The translations under genes and the position numbers were made by a program. Positions 27,997-34,569 of a DNA stretch of 64,000 nucleotides are shown one piece after another; positions within the stretch are counted from its first letter, which is position 1; each line of letters starts with the position of its first letter. The stretch is from Bacteroidales bacterium UBA5072. GTDB lineage: Bacteria > Bacteroidota > Bacteroidia > Bacteroidales > UBA10428. The DNA lies in the NCBI GenBank assembly GCA_002415855.1, contig DIAS01000068.1:6484-70483 (forward strand), read 5' to 3'. Under the pieces are notes generated by a model that was not told the DNA's origin, did no database searches, and saw only the letters and a program-made list of their open reading frames with translations.

Positions 27997-29332
27997 GGAT
28001 TTTATAATTGATTGATTTTCCGTCGCATACACCACCGCTATCTATCATGCATCGTATCAGCAGTTCCCTTGTTATATCACGGTTTACATCACAGCGGCTG
28101 GAAAACGTTGTATTGCCGAAACTCCCCGGCAATATTGTTTTCGCCGGACAATCCCCCGCACAATGCCAGTAACAATAACATTCCCGGCACAATAGTTTTC
28201 TTTCTGCAATCCGATTTTGAAAATCTTCCCGTTTCTTAAAATCAATCCTCATTTCTCCGGTTGCTGAAAGTTGTCCGAAGTGAAAGGCTTCTGCCAGCGG
28301 ATGACTTCCGCCTGATATCTCATAGCACGATGACAATATCCCATCGGGAGTAACCACCAGGGCATTGTCATGGGCGGTGCAAAAACAATCCGTATTCACC
28401 CAGGGCCTGGCACCGGAATAATATAACCAGCGTTTGTTTTCCCTGGCTATGTCATATGCCTTTAAAAAACTCTCGACAAAAAGCTTGTTGTTTTGAATAG
28501 TCTGGTGATTGGCTACAGCCCTTCCGGCACCGAATGCAGGTTCCACCTGGAAAGTCTGGCATTTTGTTTCATTGCAAAGGAAAGCAATGCTCCGTTCCAG
28601 GTGATTCACACTGTTGTTGGTAACTGTGAGCCTTATACCATAACGGATACCGGATTGATCAAGCTTCCGGATATTATTCATGATGACATCAAAGGTGCTG
28701 CCTCCAATTGTCAATGGCCGTTGCTGATCCTGAACCTCTTTTATCCCGTCAAAGGAAAGGGTAAGTGTGTCGATATTGGATATAATCCAGGCTGCTTTGT
28801 TATTGTTCCAGTAACCATTCGATGTAAGCTCTATACTGCAGGGCAGATCCTTGTTCCTTGCATACCGGGTAAAATCCTGCAGCTTTTGAAAAGGCAAGGC
28901 AGGTTCACCTCCGCCGTGAAAAGCCACAGTAAATTGACCTGTACCAGCCTTTACTGCATGATCATATACAAAATCAATTGCTTTTTTACCTGTATCAAGG
29001 GACAATTCCGATGGTACAGCGTCCCCGCCATTGGCAAAGCAATAGGTGCACCTGAAGTTGCATGCCGATGTCATGCACAGAACAGCTACCGTGGGCTTAA
29101 ATTCAGTGGTGGTATTTTTTGAACTCTCAAAATGACGGGTATTAAAGAATCCATGTGCCTGCAAAAACGACAGAACTTTTTTATTCTTCTCAGGGTTAAC
29201 TATTTTCTTGCCCATGACATCGCCTATGAGATCCACGGTAGCCTGGTTACCTACAAATGCAAATTTGTTGAGCGGCTGATAAATGATATATTTATCCAGG
29301 TAAGGTATGGTATAGGTATCCGGATGAAGCAT
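27968..29332 (-). CDS. Radical SAM enzyme with a full SPASM domain (peptide/protein-modifying maturase type, anSME/QhpD-like architecture)
   Basis: 454 aa. The CX3CX2C motif is CNFRCTYC, after an about 85-aa N-terminal extension (YIIYQPLNKFAFVGNQATVDLI, RRE-like). SPASM motifs seen directly: C-x12-G-x4-C (CTAHDNALVVTPDGILSSC) and C-x2-C-x5-C-x3-C (CRECYCYWHCAGDC). The stop overlaps the paralog C start by 29 nt. Confidence 0.85.
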   Translation of the reverse strand: MLHPDTYTIPYLDKYIIYQPLNKFAFVGNQATVDLIGDVMGKKIVNPEKNKKVLSFLQAHGFFNTRHFESSKNTTTEFKPTVAVLCMTSACNFRCTYCFANGGDAVPSELSLDTGKKAIDFVYDHAVKAGTGQFTVAFHGGGEPALPFQKLQDFTRYARNKDLPCSIELTSNGYWNNNKAAWIISNIDTLTLSFDGIKEVQDQQRPLTIGGSTFDVIMNNIRKLDQSGIRYGIRLTVTNNSVNHLERSIAFLCNETKCQTFQVEPAFGAGRAVANHQTIQNNKLFVESFLKAYDIARENKRWLYYSGARPWVNTDCFCTAHDNALVVTPDGILSSCYEISGGSHPLAEAFHFGQLSATGEMRIDFKKREDFQNRIAERKLLCRECYCYWHCAGDCPAKTILPGSFGNTTFSSRCDVNRDITRELLIRCMIDSGGVCDGKSINYKIHENPQKEIR

Positions 29333-31022
29333 CCTCTAAATTTAACAAGTTAATTTGATTATTATCATAGCGTTTCATCTTTTCTTTTAGTCTCTCCCAG
29401 AATTCTGATATAAAGGGGAGATTACAGTCATTCTTATGGTTGCAGGAGCTGCAATTAAAACAATCGGGTAAATTCATCCTGTGAAATACGTCCCGCGGTC
29501 TGAAACTTTCATTTCCTCCACAGAGGGATCTCAGGAATGGCAAGGATTGCATCTCGCTGAGCGAAAAGTGGTCCGAAATTCTGCCCTGCAGAATACTGAA
29601 ACTGATCAGGCCAAGGAGTTGCTCCGAATTTAACCGGCCAACCGGGTGCTTTGGATAATACCTGAAATAATCACCGGTGTGAAATTCCTTATCGGGCGAG
29701 ACATCAACGTACTTCTGCAACGAACGGAGCATGTTTGTTCGTTCTTTGCCGGTGCTCCTTTTCAGGTTTGCCATTACCGGCAGGAACTGATCAAACTCGA
29801 GAAATGCGGTTGAAAATGAGTTGTCAGGGAAACTGGTAATTTCACTCATACCTGGAATGTAGACAGAATAGGCAGGTTGCCCCAGAAATGAATTATCCCT
29901 TACAAAGAGTTTCCTGCTGTCTCTTTTCAAAATAGCGAAGAGAAATTGAAGATCCTGCTGATCAGAAACAGATTCGGGATGCTCAAATCCTGCAAATTCA
30001 TAAGAAGGAGCATCTGCCAAAAGATCAGGAGGCCATTGACCGGCATAGGCTTGAATTGTCCGACCCAGACTCTTTCTCCAAAAATCAGCATCGAGGTTAT
30101 AGGGCAGGTTTTCAATGAGTTCTTTCGCAGGCTGAAAAAGTATGGCCCCACCCTGGAAAATTTCTGTAAAGCAACGTTCCAGTGCCGTTATAGGGCTGGG
30201 ATCCGCGCCAAGATGAAAGGCGTGGCCGTTCTCATCATTGCTCAGCAATACACCTATAACCGGGTATCCCTTGCCCATTGAACAATCCTTAATCCTTATG
30301 CGATAGCCAAACTGATGTATTAACAGGTTGATCTTTTCAGAGATTTCTGTTCCTTCGAAACAGGACAAAGGGATATCAGGGGGACAAAACGGATCTTTAT
30401 ACAGGGACTTCATGACAAACCGTTCAAAGATCTCTGAGATACCCTGTATCAGGGCTTCTTCAGGCGTATTGCCACTGCACATACCATTACTGCCGACGAT
30501 GACCTGCATTTCCCTGAAAGGGAAATATGCCGTCTTTCTTTCAAATATTTCATAAAACGGGATGCCTGCATGCCAATGGCTGTTTTTATATTGATGCCGA
30601 GATATACCGGTGAGGAAGAAAAAATTATCTGCAAAAACGGAATTTGAATGTTTTCCTGTTAAAAAGTATTTCTCATCGGGGAAATGAAAGAACTGATGGA
30701 TTGTCTGTTTCTCTCGCTCACCTTCGGAGGGATATAGAAGCACCGAATAAAAAGCGAGATTCTGAACTCTTTCGATCATTTCGCCCCAGGCACTGGCTGA
30801 GGCCCATTCACTTGAGCCACCTTTGCCATAGGTTGTGAAAACCTCCTGCTGATTTTCCGGGTTAATTAAACTTAATTTGCAGGCCTTGAAATAAGCATTG
30901 CCTTCAACTGGTGTTTCGATCATTTCCGCACCAAGATCACTGAATATGGCCCTGATGATCCTGACAGTTTCATGCGGAGGTTTTGCTTTATAGGGCTTGA
31001 CCCTTTTCAACGGCTTTGCCAT
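29292..31022 (-). CDS. Stand-alone YcaO-domain protein (ATP-dependent backbone-amide-activating family; E. coli YcaO-like length and architecture)
   Basis: 576 aa. The N-proximal motif TYGKGGSSEWASASAWGEMIERV corresponds to the YcaO signature (E. coli TNGKGATKKAALASALGEYFERL). There is no fused E1-like/Ocin-ThiF N-domain. The C-terminus carries a Cys cluster, CFNCSSCNHKNDC. It overlaps both flanking radical SAM genes (35 nt and 41 nt). Confidence 0.8.
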   Translation of the reverse strand: MAKPLKRVKPYKAKPPHETVRIIRAIFSDLGAEMIETPVEGNAYFKACKLSLINPENQQEVFTTYGKGGSSEWASASAWGEMIERVQNLAFYSVLLYPSEGEREKQTIHQFFHFPDEKYFLTGKHSNSVFADNFFFLTGISRHQYKNSHWHAGIPFYEIFERKTAYFPFREMQVIVGSNGMCSGNTPEEALIQGISEIFERFVMKSLYKDPFCPPDIPLSCFEGTEISEKINLLIHQFGYRIRIKDCSMGKGYPVIGVLLSNDENGHAFHLGADPSPITALERCFTEIFQGGAILFQPAKELIENLPYNLDADFWRKSLGRTIQAYAGQWPPDLLADAPSYEFAGFEHPESVSDQQDLQFLFAILKRDSRKLFVRDNSFLGQPAYSVYIPGMSEITSFPDNSFSTAFLEFDQFLPVMANLKRSTGKERTNMLRSLQKYVDVSPDKEFHTGDYFRYYPKHPVGRLNSEQLLGLISFSILQGRISDHFSLSEMQSLPFLRSLCGGNESFRPRDVFHRMNLPDCFNCSSCNHKNDCNLPFISEFWERLKEKMKRYDNNQINLLNLEDASSGYLYHTLPG

Positions 31023-31974
31023 GACCAGCTATGGGATTATAAAACCTTTGAATTCTGAATGACAGACAACCACCGTTGCACCGGTTATTGAACAAAGGGC
31101 AGGAGGAACAGTACGGGTATATTCCTATGGTCTTATATGATGTCAATGCCTCCTCGAATTTTCCAATCAGGTCTCCAGCCTGCAATTCATCGTGGATTTT
31201 AATTTTTGTCAGATTATTCAACGGGTAGCATGAAATAAAAGAGCCATCGGACAGCAAATCAATTATGGGATGGCAGCAGGTTCCGGCTTTCACCAATTCA
31301 TCCGCTAAAAGTTCATAATGCTCCTGTGGAAACATACAGGGAACAAAGCCACAGTCAAATCCCAGCGATATTCCCGATTTTTTTGCATCGAGCTTGAATT
31401 TTGCGATCTTTTGCCCAATTTTGGGATATTCCTTCGGATGCAGGTAAATATTGACCATGCTCAGAACCGAATGTGATATCCCCATCCGGATCTCCTTTTT
31501 GAGCCCGAATTTATTCACATAATCCAGCAGGTAATGCAATTCCTGCCTGGCGTTGTATATATTCACCCCGGCAATGATAACCGGTCCAAGCTTTTGCATC
31601 ACCTCCAGCTGACGCCTGGTGCCTGCCTCATTCTTCTCCTCCGGCTGTATGGTGTTCAGCAAAATAGAAAGCTTTTCTCGGGGTATGGAATACAGAAATT
31701 CCAGAACTTTATCCGAGATAAGTCCATTGGTAAAAAGCATTACGCTGAGACCACGGTTCAGTGCTTTCCCAACAAAACTTATAAATGCCGGATGAAGCGT
31801 AGGTTCTCCACCCAGCAGCCGGGCCTGCCGTATACCCGATCTCTCAAGGTAATCCAGCGCTTTTTCATAAAGCCCCTCCTCCATATGGGCTTTGCCATAC
31901 TCATTTCGCGTATCGTTGGCAAAACAATACACACAGCTTTTGTTGCAGACATTGGTAATTGACAGGTTGGCCAT
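30988..31974 (-). CDS. Radical SAM enzyme with a SPASM/twitch-like C-terminal Cys domain
   Basis: 328 aa. The CX3CX2C motif is at the extreme N-terminus (CNKSCVYC). The C-terminal region has C-x9-G-x4-C (CHPIIDLLSDGSFISC) and C-x2-C-x6-C-x3-C (CSSCPLFNNRCNGGC). Confidence 0.8.
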   Translation of the reverse strand: MANLSITNVCNKSCVYCFANDTRNEYGKAHMEEGLYEKALDYLERSGIRQARLLGGEPTLHPAFISFVGKALNRGLSVMLFTNGLISDKVLEFLYSIPREKLSILLNTIQPEEKNEAGTRRQLEVMQKLGPVIIAGVNIYNARQELHYLLDYVNKFGLKKEIRMGISHSVLSMVNIYLHPKEYPKIGQKIAKFKLDAKKSGISLGFDCGFVPCMFPQEHYELLADELVKAGTCCHPIIDLLSDGSFISCYPLNNLTKIKIHDELQAGDLIGKFEEALTSYKTIGIYPYCSSCPLFNNRCNGGCLSFRIQRFYNPIAGHGKAVEKGQAL

Positions 31975-31985
31975 GCTGTAGGGAA

Positions 31986-32420
31986 CTATTTGTCTGACAA
32001 TCCTATTTCATCCATGTTAAATGATTCTCTGGGATGGCAGATCCGCCATGATGCCAATCTGAAAAACAAGGAGGTGACGGTACTGTAAATATTGTGGTAA
32101 GGCAGATCCGCCTCATTCCGGATCAACAGTGCGGTTTGTTGAAGCGATTTGCCTTGCTGAAAATATTCGAATGCCTTGAGCTCAGTTTCGTTTAGCTCCA
32201 CACACAGGTATTTGTTAAACCTGCTTTCCGGTATGATAAAGAGGTTATTGTCCAAATGCCAGTTCTCCTCGGGAAAGAATACCGGTTCTATTTGCTCAAT
32301 CATCTTTTCAGGCAGTTCATGCAACCTGTTCAGCGGTATATGCTGAACACCGCGGATCTCATCGCGCAGAACGCCCAACTGACCAATAAACTGCCTGAAA
32401 AAGTCCCTTCTTGAATGCAT
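31986..32420 (-). CDS. Small cytoplasmic protein, possible PqqD-like peptide-binding (RRE) or chaperone component
   Basis: 144 aa and the first gene of the packed block. The segment LNETELKAFEYFQQGKSLQQTALLIRNEADLPYHNIYSTVTSLFFRLASWRI follows the PqqD/RRE winged-helix pattern. The N-terminus SRRDFFRQF looks like a twin-arginine motif but has no hydrophobic h-region. Confidence 0.4.
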   Translation of the reverse strand: MHSRRDFFRQFIGQLGVLRDEIRGVQHIPLNRLHELPEKMIEQIEPVFFPEENWHLDNNLFIIPESRFNKYLCVELNETELKAFEYFQQGKSLQQTALLIRNEADLPYHNIYSTVTSLFFRLASWRICHPRESFNMDEIGLSDK

Positions 32421-32459
32421 GGTAGAGAATCGCTATCCTAAATCATCAGGGTTGTTATC

Positions 32460-33707
32460 CTATTTTACCTTATCCATTATCTCCTTCACCGCATCCTTAT
32501 GCACCATAAAATCCATCATCTTCAACTTCACATAATCCTCCGAAAAGAAATAATAACCGAACTCCTTAGCATTCTCATCGTTATTGCGTGAACCGGAACC
32601 TGAATCCTTGATCAGGTACCAGTCTTTACCATCCTTTTCAAGGTAACCCACCAGGTGTATGCCATGGTCATCGGTGGTGGTCCTGTTGGAGAATCTGAAC
32701 TGACGGGCATCGTCATTGATATATGTTGCGGGTATATCAAAATCGGGTACTATTGCACATTGGGTGTAACGGTCGAATCCAGGTTCAGAAACATCGCCAC
32801 CGATACTGAGCGTATACCCTTTTCTGATTGCACTTTTCAATGCAGACATGTAAACATCAAGTGGAACATTGATGTAGGCTGTGCTGTGCCACCAGTTGTC
32901 AGGCACTTTATACTCAACCAGCTGATAAAAAGGTTCCTGCCTGTATGAAAGGATGTCAACATAATCATCCGGGTTGATCTTCACAACATCGTTAAGGTAT
33001 TGCAGGGGTGTTAACTTTTTCCCGTTCACGATAATTTCCGCCGGAGGCTCTCCCAGGTAATGGTTCATAATGGACTTGATGGTGGCAATGGCGGCCTCTT
33101 CGTTCCAGCCTGAGTTGGCCTTCAAGGATTCGAGGTAGCTTTTCATTTCTTCTATCATGAGCTCATGATTGTGGTATTTTCGGCCATTCAGCAACCCGGT
33201 ATAAGCTTCGGCGGGTACCACACCGTATTTTTTCCAGATGCGGGTGGTGGCATTGGCCTCAGATCCTTCATCAAACACTGAGTTCCCTCGCTCCTGTACA
33301 TACCGCCTTGCTTTTTCAACATATTCCCAATAAACACTATAAATCTCGGACAATTTCACCTGTATTTTATTGATCCTGTAAGCCTCCGATTCCAGAAAGG
33401 ATGTTGTGGAAAAACACCAGCATGTGCCCGTATTCCCTTGCGAAATCGGTGCATTGTGCCAGTACTGGTTTGTATACAGATCAACCTTGTTTGGGAAAGA
33501 AGCATCACTGAGATCTGCCACGAAGCTTCTGGCAGGTTTCGGTGGTTCAAGCTTTTCATTCATTTCCCGGTCGTCCCTGAGAATGGAATTCTGGTAAAAA
33601 CCCGGTCTGGACTCCCTGAATGTGGCTTTGTCCTTGTTCTGGCAGTATACATGACCTGAGACAGAGCAGGCAGCAAAAGTTGCTATAAATAATATCCTCG
33701 TTTTCAT
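32460..33707 (-). CDS. pepC: C1-family cysteine peptidase (aminopeptidase C / bleomycin hydrolase-like) with a signal peptide
   Basis: 415 aa with the catalytic-Cys motif QGNTGTCWCFSTTSFLESE and later His/Asn regions (DDHGIHLVGY...). The N-terminal signal is MKTRILFIATFAACSVSG. Confidence 0.8.
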   Translation of the reverse strand: MKTRILFIATFAACSVSGHVYCQNKDKATFRESRPGFYQNSILRDDREMNEKLEPPKPARSFVADLSDASFPNKVDLYTNQYWHNAPISQGNTGTCWCFSTTSFLESEAYRINKIQVKLSEIYSVYWEYVEKARRYVQERGNSVFDEGSEANATTRIWKKYGVVPAEAYTGLLNGRKYHNHELMIEEMKSYLESLKANSGWNEEAAIATIKSIMNHYLGEPPAEIIVNGKKLTPLQYLNDVVKINPDDYVDILSYRQEPFYQLVEYKVPDNWWHSTAYINVPLDVYMSALKSAIRKGYTLSIGGDVSEPGFDRYTQCAIVPDFDIPATYINDDARQFRFSNRTTTDDHGIHLVGYLEKDGKDWYLIKDSGSGSRNNDENAKEFGYYFFSEDYVKLKMMDFMVHKDAVKEIMDKVK

Positions 33708-33737
33708 GCTGGGTAATTAATAATTTGATTGCGGAAT

Positions 33738-34478
33738 TTACATTTTTTTTTGATTTGAATCATCAAGAACTATGACTTCTTCCTGTTCGAGTATTTTCTC
33801 ACCTTTGTAACGCAGCATCAGTTGGGCCAGGGTGATGACATCACGCCGGCAATACTCCACTATTCTTCCTAAATCCTTGTCTTTCCAATAAACCATGGCA
33901 ACCTGCCCGCCATCCATATCGGATTTGGGACTTTCCAGGCCGAAAAGAGCAGCCAGTAGTTCCAGAGAGGTATAATGCTTGTGGTCCCCAAATTTCCACA
34001 ATTCCAGGGTATCCAGGTGCCGGGTTTCCCATGGACGTTTGCCCGCAATATCAAAAGGAGAAGGTAATCTCACGCCATTGACCAGCATTCGCCTTGCAAT
34101 AAAAGGATAATCAAATTCCTTCCCGTTATGGGCACAGAGATCGATATCCCTTTTCTGACACAGTCGGGTAACCAGATCCGCAAAAGCTAACAATAGTTCT
34201 TTTTCCTCATCCGCATAGAATGATTTCAACCGGAACACCCGCTTGTCTTCCTGCAAGCCGATCATACCAGTCGAAATGCAGATGATCCGGCCAAATTCGG
34301 CATAAATGCCGGCACGCGGGTACAAGATCTCAGGCGTCTCAGCCTCCTTTTTCAGATACACAGCTTTCTTTTCCCAAAGATTTCTGAATGGTTCGGGAAC
34401 CTGGTCAAAGGACGGCCAGGCTGGAACTGTTTCAATGTCGAGAAACAGAATGTTACTGATTTTTACCTGCTCTAACAT
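33738..34478 (-). CDS. DEDD-type 3'-5' exonuclease (RNase H-like fold, PolB-exo-related)
   Basis: 246 aa with FLDIETV (ExoI) and AHNGKEFDYPF (ExoII-like) motifs. Confidence 0.65.
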   Translation of the reverse strand: MLEQVKISNILFLDIETVPAWPSFDQVPEPFRNLWEKKAVYLKKEAETPEILYPRAGIYAEFGRIICISTGMIGLQEDKRVFRLKSFYADEEKELLLAFADLVTRLCQKRDIDLCAHNGKEFDYPFIARRMLVNGVRLPSPFDIAGKRPWETRHLDTLELWKFGDHKHYTSLELLAALFGLESPKSDMDGGQVAMVYWKDKDLGRIVEYCRRDVITLAQLMLRYKGEKILEQEEVIVLDDSNQKKM

Positions 34479-34498
34479 GGGTATGATTTAAGAATCAC

Positions 34499-34506
34499 TA
34501 TTTTTG
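34499..34506 (+). promoter_or_regulatory. Bacteroidota -7 box (TATTTTTG) upstream of manA
   Basis: Matches TAnnTTTG and lies 64 nt upstream of the ATG at 34570. Confidence 0.4.
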
Positions 34507-34569
34507 CAATTTCCTCAAAATTTACGAACATTCAGGCAGAAACAAAAGATATAACTCAAATATCCTAAG

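Noticed and set aside
20564-28035. The WD40 genes as part of an anti-phage STAND/NACHT-type or other defence system.
   Set aside because: There is no NTPase (Walker A/B), nuclease, TIR, SIR2 or protease effector domain in the propeller proteins or their neighbours. The proteins carry export signals, which is atypical for cytoplasmic immune sensors.
28493-29122. Long antisense or overlapping ORFs from the six-frame track. Examples: 28493..29122(+), 6571..7047(-), 6800..7399(+), 9230..9844(+), 23835..24293(+), 25426..25965(+), 35538..36236(-), 42957..43436(-), 56876..57352(-), 59892..60416(+).
   Set aside because: Each lies entirely inside, and opposite to or out of frame with, a gene that has clear family motifs. 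Their translations are low-complexity or Arg/Ser/Pro-rich with no recognisable motif. They are typical shadow ORFs.
27968-29332. The rSAM-SPASM enzyme as an ordinary anaerobic sulfatase-maturing enzyme.
   Set aside because: No sulfatase gene is in the window. The tails lack the (C/S)-x-(P/A)-x-R sulfatase motif; they have SRx[YF]PG, a different order. The gene is also translationally coupled to a YcaO and to a propeller gene. This still needs an SSN or phylogeny check.
20407-32459. A hidden small precursor-peptide ORF in the cluster's intergenic gaps: 20407..20563, 22016..22038, 25115..25187, 26589..26607, 31975..31985 and 32421..32459.
   Set aside because: I read both strands of each gap. 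Only trivially short ORFs appear (for example ATG-CTC-AAT-TAA in 25115..25187), and none is Cys-rich. Small ORFs nested inside the annotated genes cannot be excluded by eye.
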